Source: an uncultured Actinomycetes bacterium
GTDB taxonomy: Bacteria > Actinomycetota > Thermoleophilia > Solirubrobacterales > 70-9
Length of the DNA stretch: 64,000 nt
Direction: 5' to 3'
Assembly: GCA_963839115.1 (NCBI GenBank)
Contig: CAWITM010000001.1
Coordinates: 1,062,196 to 1,126,195 of the forward strand
The translations under genes and the position numbers were made by a program. This document shows positions 8,224-17,044 of this stretch, piece by piece. The notes beneath the pieces are model-generated. The model ran no database searches. It saw only the letters and a program-made list of their open reading frames with translations, and was not told where the DNA came from. Numbering within the stretch: the first letter of the stretch is position 1; each line of letters opens with the position of its first letter.

Positions 8224-9525
8224 GTGAGCGACGCCACCACCACCGCGCCTGAGGCAAACCCCGATGAGGCCCTGATGGGGCTCGCCGGCGAACCGCCGGC
8301 GACCAAAGAGGGCCCCCAGTTCACGATCGAGCTGAACCAGGACCAGAAGGACATCAAAGAGTGGGTCCACGGCTTCGCCGAGGGCGTCGTCCGGCCGGCC
8401 GCCCACGAATGGGACGAGCGCGAGGAAACGCCGTGGCCGGTCATCCAGGAGGCCGCCAAGATCGGCCTCTACAGCTTCGAAGCCCTCGGCCAGTTCTTCG
8501 CCGACGAGACCGGGCTGACGATGCCGATCGCCAACGAGGAGCTGTTCTGGGGCGACGCCGGCATCGGCATGGCGATCATGGGCACCTCGCTCGCGGTCGC
8601 AGCAATCTTCGGGCAGGGAACCCCGGAGCAGATGGGGGAGTGGATCCCGCAGTGCTTCGGCACTGCGGACGACGTCAAGGTCGCGGCGTTCTGCGCCTCC
8701 GAGCCCGACGCCGGGTCAGACGTCGCGGCGATCCGCACCACCGCCAAGTACGACGAGGCAAAGGACGAATGGGTCATCAACGGCCAGAAGGCATGGGCGA
8801 CCAACGGCGGGATCGCCAACGTCCACGTCGTGATCGCGTCGGTCGATCGGGAGCTCGGCTCACGCGGTCACGCCGCCTTCGTCATTCCGCCGGGAACCCC
8901 CGGCTGTGAGCAGGGCGCCAAGGTCAAGAAGCACGGCCTGCGCGCCTCCCATACCGCCGACGTCCACCTCGACGACTGCCGCGTGCCGGGCGCCTGCCTG
9001 CTCGGCGGCAAAGAGAAGCTCGACGAACGCCTGGCCCGGGTCCGCGAAGGCAAACGCTCGAAATCGCAGGCCGCGATGGCGACCTTCGAGGCCAGCCGGC
9101 CGGTCGTCGGCTCGCAGGCGCTCGGCATCGCCCGCGCCGCCTATGAGTACTCGCTCGAGTACGCCAAAGAGCGCCGCCAGTTCGGCCGCGCGATCATCGA
9201 GAACCAGTCGGTCGCCTTCACCCTGGCCGACATGAAGCTCGAGATCGACGCCGCCCGCCTGCTCGTCTGGCGCGCCGCCTGGATGGGCCGCACCGGCCAA
9301 CAGTTCCCGAACGCCGAGGGCTCGATGTCGAAGCTCAAGGCCGGCGAGGTCGCCGTCTGGGCCACCGAGCGGGCGATCCAGATCCTCGGCGGCAACGGCT
9401 ACACCCGCGAGTTCCCAGTCGAGCGGATGCACCGCGACGCCAAGATCTACACCATCTTCGAGGGCACCTCCGAGATCCAGCGCCTGGTCATCTCACGCGC
9501 GATCTCCGGCGTCCACATCCAATAG
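8224..9525 (+). CDS. Acyl-CoA dehydrogenase family protein
   Basis: 433 aa with the ACAD fold throughout. C-terminal IYTIFEGTSEIQRLVISRAI is the classic ACAD motif. Confidence 0.92.
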   Translation: MSDATTTAPEANPDEALMGLAGEPPATKEGPQFTIELNQDQKDIKEWVHGFAEGVVRPAAHEWDEREETPWPVIQEAAKIGLYSFEALGQFFADETGLTMPIANEELFWGDAGIGMAIMGTSLAVAAIFGQGTPEQMGEWIPQCFGTADDVKVAAFCASEPDAGSDVAAIRTTAKYDEAKDEWVINGQKAWATNGGIANVHVVIASVDRELGSRGHAAFVIPPGTPGCEQGAKVKKHGLRASHTADVHLDDCRVPGACLLGGKEKLDERLARVREGKRSKSQAAMATFEASRPVVGSQALGIARAAYEYSLEYAKERRQFGRAIIENQSVAFTLADMKLEIDAARLLVWRAAWMGRTGQQFPNAEGSMSKLKAGEVAVWATERAIQILGGNGYTREFPVERMHRDAKIYTIFEGTSEIQRLVISRAISGVHIQ

Positions 9526-9546
9526 ATCAGCAGACGGCGGGAGAAA

Positions 9547-9576
9547 ACAAGGGTCGGTCGGGGGGCCGGCCCTTGT
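9547..9576 (+). terminator. Hairpin after the acyl-CoA dehydrogenase gene (11-bp stem with one G-U pair, 8-nt loop)
   Basis: acaagggtcgg / ccggcccttgt, 22 nt after the stop. No U-tract, which is common for GC-rich actinobacterial terminators. Confidence 0.5.
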
Positions 9577-9598
9577 CGCCTGCGCGCAGCTCGGTGGC

Positions 9599-9745
9599 CT
9601 GGCGGGACTTGGGCGGTGTCTGGCGACGGCGGACGCGGCGCGGGGCGGTGTCCTCGGTCGCCTGAATAGCTCTGCTATTCAGGCTCCCTGCGTCCTAGCC
9701 CCGCTTGGTCCGGCGCTCGCCAGCCCCGCGCCCAAGTCCCGCCAG
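9599..9745. repeat. 147-nt nested imperfect palindrome (candidate structured RNA or MITE-like element)
   Basis: Outer arms are ctggcgggacttgggcg (9599-9615) and cgcccaagtcccgccag (9729-9745), a perfect 17 bp. Inner paired blocks are tggcga/tcgcca, cggac/gtccg and gcggggc/gccccgc. The apical hairpin is cctgaatagc-tct-gctattcagg. Confidence 0.6.
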
Positions 9746-9778
9746 TCCCCCTCGCCGCGCTAAAGAGTTTTTCGGCTT

Positions 9779-9824
9779 GAGCGTTCGCAGTTATCCGGGA
9801 ATAGGGCGGATTACTGCGAACGCC
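9779..9824 (+). repeat. REP-like palindromic element, copy A (gagcgttcgcagttatccg...ctgcgaacgcc)
   Basis: 10-bp stem gcgttcgcag/ctgcgaacgc. The 19-nt 5' arm is identical to copies at 29761 and 29831. Confidence 0.75.
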
Positions 9825-9887
9825 GCGGAGGTGGCTCGGTCTCCGTTCGTCGTTTGACCTCCATGGGGGGACAAGGGACGAAGGGAG

Positions 9888-10751
9888 TCAGGATTCGCGG
9901 CGTTTCAGGCCTTCGCGGCGCAGGCGGCGGGCGGCGGTGACTTCGGATTTGCTGGTGCCCTTCTTGTCGGGGCCGGGGGTCTCGAGGGTGGCGGGGAGGC
10001 CCTCGAAGCGGGGCTCGGAGAGGAAGGCGGCGAGGCCCTTGCGGCCCATCTCGCCTTTGTTGATGTTGGCGTGACGGTCGCGGCAGGAACCGAGCGGGGC
10101 GGCGGCATCGTTGACGTGGACGGCGCCGAGGCGGTCGATGCCGACCTTGGCGTCGGCTTCGTCGAGGACGGCGCCGAGGTGCTCTTCGTCGGTGATGTCG
10201 TAGCCCTGGACGAAGAGGTGGCAGCTGTCGAGGCAGAGGCCGAGGCGCTTGCCGCCGCCGGCGCCCTCGATCAGGTCCGCGGTCTGGTCGAAGTCACGGG
10301 CGAGCAGGCCTTTGTGGCCGGCGGTCTGCTCGATCAGAATGGGACAGGAGTCGGTTTCCTTCAGCGCCGCGGCGATCACCTTGCTCGCCCTCTTGATCGA
10401 AGGCGCGAGCGGCTCGTCTTTCTGGGAACCGGGGTGGAGGACGACGCCCTTGGCGCCGATCCCGTCGCCGATCCGCAGCGCGTGGGCGAGGGAGGCCTGT
10501 GATTTCTTGCGCAGCTCCTTGTCTTTGGACGCGCAGTTGATCAGGTAGACCGCGTGGATGATCACGGCTTCGACCTTGGAGCCGGCCATCGCCTCCTTGA
10601 AGGCGACGAAGTCCTCCTCGCCGTAGTTGGTCGGCCGCCACATCCGCGGGCTCTGGTTGAAGATCTGGATCGCTTCGCAGCCGCGCTCCTGTCCCCGCTC
10701 GACGGCTTTGTCGAGACCGCCGGCGGTCGAGACGTGACATCCCACCCACAT
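9888..10751 (-). CDS. nfo: Endonuclease IV (AP endonuclease, Nfo family)
   Basis: Real start is ATG at 10751 (MWVGCHVSTAGG...), giving 287 aa. TIM-barrel Nfo motifs HPGS, CLDSCH and VHVND. The remainder of tracked ORF 9888..11798 is antisense to gltX. Confidence 0.92.
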   Translation of the reverse strand: MWVGCHVSTAGGLDKAVERGQERGCEAIQIFNQSPRMWRPTNYGEEDFVAFKEAMAGSKVEAVIIHAVYLINCASKDKELRKKSQASLAHALRIGDGIGAKGVVLHPGSQKDEPLAPSIKRASKVIAAALKETDSCPILIEQTAGHKGLLARDFDQTADLIEGAGGGKRLGLCLDSCHLFVQGYDITDEEHLGAVLDEADAKVGIDRLGAVHVNDAAAPLGSCRDRHANINKGEMGRKGLAAFLSEPRFEGLPATLETPGPDKKGTSKSEVTAARRLRREGLKRRES

Positions 10752-10826
10752 CTCAGTGACCTTCCACGGGGGCGATCTGGGCGTCGGGCGGCATCGACCG
10801 GACCCTACCCGCCTCGGTCTGGAAGC

Positions 10827-12218
10827 ATGGCGGCGATGCCAACCGACGCCCCGCGCCTGCGCTTCGCCCCCTCGCCGACCGGCGCCCTGCACATCGGCGG
10901 CGCCCGCACCGCCCTCTACAACTGGCTCGCCGCCCGCCACGCCGAGGGCGGCGAGATGGTGCTGCGGATCGAGGACACCGACTACGAGCGCTCGACCGAG
11001 CAGAACGTCGCCCAGATCCTCGACGCGCTCGAGTGGCTGGAGCTCAACTGGGACGGGGAGCCGATCTCCCAGGCCGGCCGATCGCAGCGGCACCACGCCG
11101 CCCTGACCCGCCTGCTGGAGTCCGGCGCGGCCTATCGCCACTCGGCCACCGCCAAGGACGTCGAGGCCTGGAAGGCCGAGCACGGCGCCGGGCGCGGCTA
11201 CCGCGGCACCGCGACCGAGGGCGCCGACGCGGCGGTGCGGCTGCGCGTGCCCGACGACGGCGAGACCGTGGTCGAGGACCTGATCCACGGCCCGGTCCGC
11301 TTCCCCAACCGCAGCTACGACGACTTCGTGATCGCCCGCGCCGACGGCACCGTCCTCTACAACTTCGCCGTCGCCGTCGACGACGCCGAGATGGGGATCA
11401 CCGAGGTCGTGCGCGGCGACGACCACCTCTCCAACACGCCCAAGCAGCTGTTGGTCCTGGCCGCGCTCGGCCACCAGCCGCCGCGCTACGCCCACCTGCC
11501 GCTCCTCCACGGCCCCGACGGCAAGAAGCTCTCCAAGCGCCACGGCGCCGCCTCGGTCCAGGAGCTGCGCGAGGCCGGCTACCTGCCGGCCGCCGTCCGC
11601 AACTACCTGGCGCTGCTCGGCTGGGGCACCGACGACGACACGACGCTGATGAGCACCGATGAGCTGGTGCGGCGCTTCCGGATCGAGGACGTCGGCCGCT
11701 CCGCGGCGATCTTCGACGAGCGCAAGCTGCGCTGGCTGAACGGGCGCTTCATGCGCGAGATGCCGCTCGATGACTACGTCGACGCCGTCGCCCGCCACCT
11801 CGGCCGCGAGCCCGACGAGCGCTTACGGGACGGCTGCGCGATCGCCCAGGAGAAAGCCCAGACGCTCGAGGACGTGTGGCCGCTGATCCGCTTCCTCTTC
11901 GATCCCCCGGTCGACGATCCCAAGGCCTGGAAGAAGGTGATGAAACCGGGGGCGGGGGAGATGCTCGCCGCCGCCGCCGAGGCGCTCGCCGCCGCCGAGC
12001 CGTTCGAGCCCGACGCGATCGAGTTGGCGCTGGCGCCGCTGCTGGAGCGCTTCGACGTCAAACCCGGGCGCCTCTACCAGCCGCTGCGGGTGGCGATCAC
12101 CGGGACCTCGATCTCGCCGGGGATTTTCGAGTCGCTGGCGGCGCTGGGGCGCGAGGAGACGCTGAAGCGGATCGGCGACGCCGAGGCCCGCCTGGCGGCC
12201 GGCTCCGACGACGCCTGA
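10827..12218 (+). CDS. gltX: Glutamyl-tRNA synthetase
   Basis: Start ATG 10827 (MAAMPTDAPRLRFAPSPTG), 463 aa. HIGH-type motif ALHIGGARTA and KLSKR (KMSKS class). Confidence 0.95.
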   Translation: MAAMPTDAPRLRFAPSPTGALHIGGARTALYNWLAARHAEGGEMVLRIEDTDYERSTEQNVAQILDALEWLELNWDGEPISQAGRSQRHHAALTRLLESGAAYRHSATAKDVEAWKAEHGAGRGYRGTATEGADAAVRLRVPDDGETVVEDLIHGPVRFPNRSYDDFVIARADGTVLYNFAVAVDDAEMGITEVVRGDDHLSNTPKQLLVLAALGHQPPRYAHLPLLHGPDGKKLSKRHGAASVQELREAGYLPAAVRNYLALLGWGTDDDTTLMSTDELVRRFRIEDVGRSAAIFDERKLRWLNGRFMREMPLDDYVDAVARHLGREPDERLRDGCAIAQEKAQTLEDVWPLIRFLFDPPVDDPKAWKKVMKPGAGEMLAAAAEALAAAEPFEPDAIELALAPLLERFDVKPGRLYQPLRVAITGTSISPGIFESLAALGREETLKRIGDAEARLAAGSDDA

Positions 12219-12342
12219 GGGCCCGGCGCGGCGCCGAGCTCGCGCCCGGCCGGCCCGGCCGGCGCTCCGATCCCGGCACCGGACCCGAATCGACCTCGGT
12301 TGCAAAGGCATGCTGGGCTAAACCATTCCTGCGCATCTGCCG

Positions 12343-13443
12343 ATGGAGTGCCAGATGGCGGCAACTACCACCGAGACCAACGCCCGCATCGCGGCCGGCG
12401 AAACCACCGGCAAAGGCGCTGCACGTGGCGCCCCCGCGCCCGGAAGCAGGCTCGCCGAGGCGTTCGAGGCAGTCGAGCGCTTCCCGGTCCTGATCGAGTC
12501 GCGTGAGCGCGTGATTGCGGCGGCGACCGCCGAGACCGCCCGCGTCGGCGAGCTCGTCGAAGCGGTCGAGGCCGACGTCGCGCTCTCGATCTCCGTCCTG
12601 CGCTTCGCCAATCGCACCGGCATGGTCGCCGGCGGCGTCGCCGGCATCCCCGACGCGGTCGACGTCCTCAAGCCCTCCGGCGTCCTGGCGATCGCCGGCA
12701 CCGCCCCCAGCTTCGATTTCTTCGAGTCCAACGGTGGCTGGGAGCTGAAGCCCGAGCGCTTCCGCGTCCACGCCCTGGCCGCCCAGCGCGCCGCCGATCA
12801 GGTCGGCCGCGCGATCGGCTGGGTCGAACGCGACGAGCTCGCCGTCGCCGCCCTCCTGCACGACGTCGGCCGCCTCGTCATCTCCCGCCTGCACCCCGGC
12901 TACAAGGTCTACTTCGACGCCGCCTCACGCACCCCCGAGCAGCGCCTGCGCGACGAACGCGAGCAGCTCGGCATCGACCACGCGCTGGTCGGTGGCGTGC
13001 TCGCCCGCCGCTGGAACCTGCCGCAGCGGATCGCCATCGCGATCGAGCGCCACCACTCCGACGAGGCCGAGGGCCTGGCGGCGATGGTCGCGACCGCCGA
13101 CATGGTCGCCCACTACTCACAGGGGGAGGCGATCTCGCCGGAACGGCTGATGGCCGCCTCCGAGCGGATCGGCCTCACTCCCGACGGCCTCCGCGACCTC
13201 CTCTACGAGATGCCGCTGGCGACCACCGAAACTTCGCGGATCAGCGAGCCGTGCCCGCTCTCGGCGCGCGAGCTCGACGTCCTCCGCCACCTCTCCGAGG
13301 GCATGGTCTACAAGCAGATCGCCGGCGAGATGCACCTCTCGGTCTCGACGATCCGCACCCACCTCCACAACGTCTACGGCAAGATCGGCGCCGTCGACCG
13401 CGCCCAGGCCGTCCTCACCGCCCGCGACCGCGGCTGGATCTAG
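12343..13443 (+). CDS. HDOD domain - LuxR-type HTH fusion transcriptional regulator
   Basis: Central HDOD-like region (ALLHDVGRLV..., IERHH). C-terminal LSARELDVLRHLSEGMVYKQIAGEMHLSVSTIRTHLHNVYGKIG is a GerE/LuxR HTH. Confidence 0.8.
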   Translation: MECQMAATTTETNARIAAGETTGKGAARGAPAPGSRLAEAFEAVERFPVLIESRERVIAAATAETARVGELVEAVEADVALSISVLRFANRTGMVAGGVAGIPDAVDVLKPSGVLAIAGTAPSFDFFESNGGWELKPERFRVHALAAQRAADQVGRAIGWVERDELAVAALLHDVGRLVISRLHPGYKVYFDAASRTPEQRLRDEREQLGIDHALVGGVLARRWNLPQRIAIAIERHHSDEAEGLAAMVATADMVAHYSQGEAISPERLMAASERIGLTPDGLRDLLYEMPLATTETSRISEPCPLSARELDVLRHLSEGMVYKQIAGEMHLSVSTIRTHLHNVYGKIGAVDRAQAVLTARDRGWI

Positions 13444-14033
13444 ACGATCAGGGACTCGCGGAGGGCGATCGCCACGGCGTGGCTGCGGTTTTTCGCACCG
13501 AGGCGGCCCAGGGCGTTCTTCATGTGGGTCTTGATCGTTTCCTCGGAGAGGTCGAGCTTGCGGCCGGCGCCGCCGGTCGACTCGCCGTCGGCGAGCAGCT
13601 GGAGGATCTCGCGCTGGCGCCGGGTCAGCTTGCCGCGGCTGCCTTTGGCCGGCACGTCGGGGTCGAGGAAGCGCTCCTGCGCCGCCGCCGCGGCGACCGC
13701 CCGCCGCAGCTCGGTCGGCCCGGCGGTGCGGGCGACGTAGGCGCTGGCGCCGGCGCCGATCGCGGCGTTGGCGAGGTGTCGCTCGGGCCGCTCGCCGTGG
13801 CCGACGATGCCGAGGACCGGGGCTGTGCGGCGCATCAGGCGGATCGCCTCGGCGCCGGAGATCGAGGCGACGCTGCCGTTCGCGCGCCATTGCATCTCGA
13901 CGATCGCGACGTCGAAGTCGCCGATGTCGCGTACCAGTTCGATGGCCTCCTCGCGGCTGGTCGACTCGTGGACCTCGTAGTGCTCCTCGAGGACCCTTCT
14001 GACGCCTATGCGGACAAGCGGGTGGCCGTCCAC
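13440..14033 (-). CDS. NarL/FixJ-family response regulator with degenerate receiver domain
   Basis: C-terminal LuxR HTH (LTRRQREILQLLADGES...IKTHMKNALGRLG). Receiver-like N-terminus has DG in place of DD, and IVEM where the phospho-acceptor LLDL is expected. The only tracked start (GTG 14033) truncates strand beta-1. Confidence 0.8.
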   Translation of the reverse strand: MDGHPLVRIGVRRVLEEHYEVHESTSREEAIELVRDIGDFDVAIVEMQWRANGSVASISGAEAIRLMRRTAPVLGIVGHGERPERHLANAAIGAGASAYVARTAGPTELRRAVAAAAAQERFLDPDVPAKGSRGKLTRRQREILQLLADGESTGGAGRKLDLSEETIKTHMKNALGRLGAKNRSHAVAIALRESLIV

Positions 14034-14164
14034 GACGAGACAGTGTGGGCGTTGGCTCAGGACTGCGTTCCGTTCACTCGATTGCGGGAGGGCACCCGGG
14101 TGGGCAGCTGCGCCCCATTGCGTTCGATCCTAACCCAGGCCGGGCCGTGCGGTAAAAACACGTT

Positions 14165-14563
14165 GTGATCTCGATCACCTCGAAGTCCCGTTACGCGGTC
14201 GTGGCCCTCGCCGAGCTCGCCCGCTCGGGCGAGCGGCCGGTGCCGATCAAGGAGCTTGCCGAGCGCCGCGAGATCCCCGAGCAGTTCCTCGAGCAGCTGT
14301 TCTCGACCCTGCGTCGCGCCGGCCTGCTGACCAGCCACCGCGGCATGCGCGGGGGCTACACGCTCTCGCGGCCGGCCGAAGAGATCACCGTGCTCGAAGT
14401 CGTCCAGGCCCTCGACGGCAAAATCGGCTCCGAAGCCGACGAGGCCGGTGGCATCTGGGCCGAGGGCGTGACCGCGCTGCGCAAGGTCTTCGGCCAGACG
14501 ACGATCGCCGAAGTCGCCCGCCGCGAGGCTGAAGAGGCCGGCTCCGGCATGTACTTCATCTAG
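14165..14563 (+). CDS. Rrf2-family transcriptional regulator (no Cys ligands, so not an Fe-S type)
   Basis: 132 aa with the typical Rrf2 N-terminal wHTH (SKSRYAVVALAELA...IPEQFLEQLFSTLRRAGLL). No cysteine in the sequence. Confidence 0.88.
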   Translation: MISITSKSRYAVVALAELARSGERPVPIKELAERREIPEQFLEQLFSTLRRAGLLTSHRGMRGGYTLSRPAEEITVLEVVQALDGKIGSEADEAGGIWAEGVTALRKVFGQTTIAEVARREAEEAGSGMYFI

Positions 14564-14869
14564 GCTCGCCACCGGGCGGCGCGGTCCCGGCCCGGGCCGA
14601 GCTGATTCGGGGCCGGCCCCGGAGTGGCGTGACCGGCCCCTTGGCCTGGCTTATCCGCTCTTGCGGACCAGGTGCGGTGCGACTGGTTTCGCAGCGCTCA
14701 CGGTCATCCGATCACCCCCTCCTCGATCGCTGTTTGCGATGGGAGGAGGCGTTCAACCGATGGAGATGTTTCTATCGATACATGAAGGTGTCCGCATTGT
14801 CCTGGTGAATCTTCCTGACCACTACTGTGCCTCCAACCAGAGCACCCGACTTGATGAGAGGAACGCGGG

Positions 14870-15472
14870 ATGGTCGAGAACTTGGACAAGGCTCGTGAGC
14901 CGATGGAACAGATTGCGCTTGCCCTTCTGCACCCGGTTCGCGTCCGAATCCTCAGCCTGGCCGCCGAAAGCGATCTGTCGCCGATCGAATTCAGCCGCAC
15001 CACCGGGGTCCCGCTGCACACGGCCGCTTACCACTTCCGCGAGCTGGTGAAGGTCGGCTCGCTGGTCGAGGTCGACTCGATCCAGCGGCGCGGCTCACGC
15101 GAACACATCTACGCCGCGACCAGTCGCGTGTACTTCTCCGACGAGGAGTGGGCGAAGCTGCCGGTCCGCAGACGGACCGAACTATCCAAGGCGATGATCG
15201 AGTCCTTCCTCGTCGGCGCCGCCGAGGCGCTCAGCGACGGGACCTTCGATGCCCGCGCCGACTCCCACTTCTCCTGGTTCCCAGCCGACGTCGACGAGCA
15301 GGGTTGGACGGAACTCACCCAGGTCGCCGCGGCCGCCCTCGACGCGGCGACGAGAATCAAAGAGGCCGCCGACCTGCGACTGCTGCGGAGCGGCGAGAAG
15401 CCGATCCGGGTGATCTACAGCGGCGCGGCCTTCGAGACCTCGCGGCCGAGCGAGCGCGTCACGGCCGACTGA
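14870..15472 (+). CDS. ArsR-like winged-helix transcriptional regulator with C-terminal extension
   Basis: N-terminal ALLHPVRVRILSLAAESDLSPIEFSRTTGVPLHTAAYHFRELVKVG is an ArsR/SmtB-type HTH. The gene and its upstream gap have visibly lower GC. Confidence 0.7.
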   Translation: MVENLDKAREPMEQIALALLHPVRVRILSLAAESDLSPIEFSRTTGVPLHTAAYHFRELVKVGSLVEVDSIQRRGSREHIYAATSRVYFSDEEWAKLPVRRRTELSKAMIESFLVGAAEALSDGTFDARADSHFSWFPADVDEQGWTELTQVAAAALDAATRIKEAADLRLLRSGEKPIRVIYSGAAFETSRPSERVTAD

Positions 15473-15602
15473 GGGCGGCCCCGGACGACCACGTACGGGC
15501 GCCAGCGGGGGCCGACCGGCCCGAGAAACACGACTCACACGAAGGTGCCGGGCCATTCGGCCCTGGCTGGATTTCGACGCGGCGGTGTGAGAGGGTCGCG
15601 CG

Positions 15603-15967
15603 ATGTTCGGGCGGCGCAATCTGCAGAAGGACGGGGTCCACGCCGAGGCGGTCGTCCGCAACGGCGAATTGACCGGCTCGATCAACAGTCACGGCGCGCA
15701 CCGGTGGAAGCTCGACCTGAGGTGACCTACGAGGACGGCTCCACCGGGAAGGCCTCCTGCAAGGTCTGGGAGTTCGACCTCGCCTCCGGCTTCGGGCACG
15801 GCGAAACGGTCCCGGTTCTCTATGACCCGGAGGACCGCTCCAAGGTCGAGGTCGACGAGGACGGCCTGGGGGCCGCGAGCGAGGCACGGGTGGCGGCGCT
15901 GCAGGCGAGCGCGGCGCGGCTCGAAGGCGAAATGCGGGCTCGCGGCGACACGCCGCCCCCGCGCTGA
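15603..15967 (+). pseudogene. Small conserved-looking protein split over two frames (frameshifted gene, or two GTGA-coupled ORFs)
   Basis: ATG 15603..TGA 15725 encodes MFGRRNLQKDGVHAEAVV...HRWKLDLR. GTG 15722 in the next frame continues VTYEDGSTGKASCKVWEFDL...VLYDPEDRSKVEVD to 15967. Read together they look like one beta-rich domain. Confidence 0.45.
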
Positions 15968-16013
15968 TGGGCCGGCGGCCGAATGACTGACGCGAGCCTC
16001 GGAGCGACGCCCG

Positions 16014-16454
16014 GTGGCTGACGCGAACCTCTTCGATCCGACCTGGGACTTCGAGGGCGATCGCGGCGGTGGCGCAGCGCGCGCGTCGCAGCTCGGCCGG
16101 CGGGCCGGTGCCAGGCGCCTGGGGGCGACCCTGTATGAGCTGGAGAGCGGCGCCGCAGCCTCGCCGCTGCACTTCCATCACGGCGCCGAGGAGCTGCTGT
16201 TCGTGATTGCCGGGGAGCCCACGCTGCGAGTCGCCGAGGGCGAGGAGCGGACGCTCGCGGTCGGCGAACTCGTCTCCTTCCCACCGGGGCGGGACGGGAC
16301 CCACCAGATCCTCAATCGCGCCGCCGAGCCGGCGCGGGTCCTGATCTGCTCGACCAACGATCTGCCCGAGGTCGCCGAGCAGGTCGAGACCGGTCTCACC
16401 GTCGTCCTCACCGAGGAATACGACCGCCTCTACGAGGGCGGGCGCGACATCTGA
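16014..16454 (+). CDS. Cupin domain protein
   Basis: 146 aa with cupin motifs PLHFHHGAEELLFVIAGE and G..V.FP.G..G.H. Confidence 0.75.
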   Translation: MADANLFDPTWDFEGDRGGGAARASQLGRRAGARRLGATLYELESGAAASPLHFHHGAEELLFVIAGEPTLRVAEGEERTLAVGELVSFPPGRDGTHQILNRAAEPARVLICSTNDLPEVAEQVETGLTVVLTEEYDRLYEGGRDI

Positions 16455-16486
16455 CCGGGCGCCCCGCGCGGTTCTAAGCTGCCGCC

Positions 16487-17020
16487 ATGACGGACCCCGC
16501 GGAAGCGCGCAGTACCGAGCGGCTGCAGCTGCGGCCGCCGCTGCCCGAGGACGCCGAGAGCTACCGGTCGCTGCTGACCCACCCGACGGTCGGCGGATGG
16601 CTGCGGCCGCCGCCGCTGGACCCGTTCGGGCCGGGCGACGGCGACCTCTGGCTGGAGGACGACCGGCGCCACTGGGAGGCCTTCGAGTTCGGGCCCTGGG
16701 CGGTGCTGGAGCAGGGCAGCGGTGCCTACGTCGGACGCGCCGGGCTGCGCTGGACCGAGGTCGAAGGGAGGCCGGCGATCGAGGTCCTCTGGGCGATCGC
16801 GCCGGAGCGCCACGGCGAGGGGTTCGCGACGGAGGCGGCCGCGGCGGCGATCGAGCTGGCCCGCGAGCGCGGGGTCGAGGAGGTCATCGCGATGATCCTG
16901 CCGGCGAACGCCGCCTCGCTGAGGGTCGCCGAGAAGGCCGGCCTGGCCGCGGTCGGGCGGACCGAGCACGCCGGTCTCGACCACGTCCTCTACCGGCTTG
17001 AACCGGCCAGCCAGTGGTGA
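16487..17020 (+). CDS. GNAT-family N-acetyltransferase (RimJ/RimL-like)
   Basis: 177 aa. RLQLRPP...D... N-terminus and ERHGEGFATEAAAAAIELA acetyl-CoA-binding region typical of GNAT. Confidence 0.85.
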   Translation: MTDPAEARSTERLQLRPPLPEDAESYRSLLTHPTVGGWLRPPPLDPFGPGDGDLWLEDDRRHWEAFEFGPWAVLEQGSGAYVGRAGLRWTEVEGRPAIEVLWAIAPERHGEGFATEAAAAAIELARERGVEEVIAMILPANAASLRVAEKAGLAAVGRTEHAGLDHVLYRLEPASQW

Positions 17021-17044
17021 GCAGGTCAGTCGCAGGTGAGTCGG

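Noticed and set aside
14165-14178. Palindrome GTGATCtcGATCAC overlapping the Rrf2 start codon as an autoregulatory operator
   Set aside because: It is short, lies within the coding start, and GATC-containing palindromes of this size are expected by chance. No second half-site pattern supports it.
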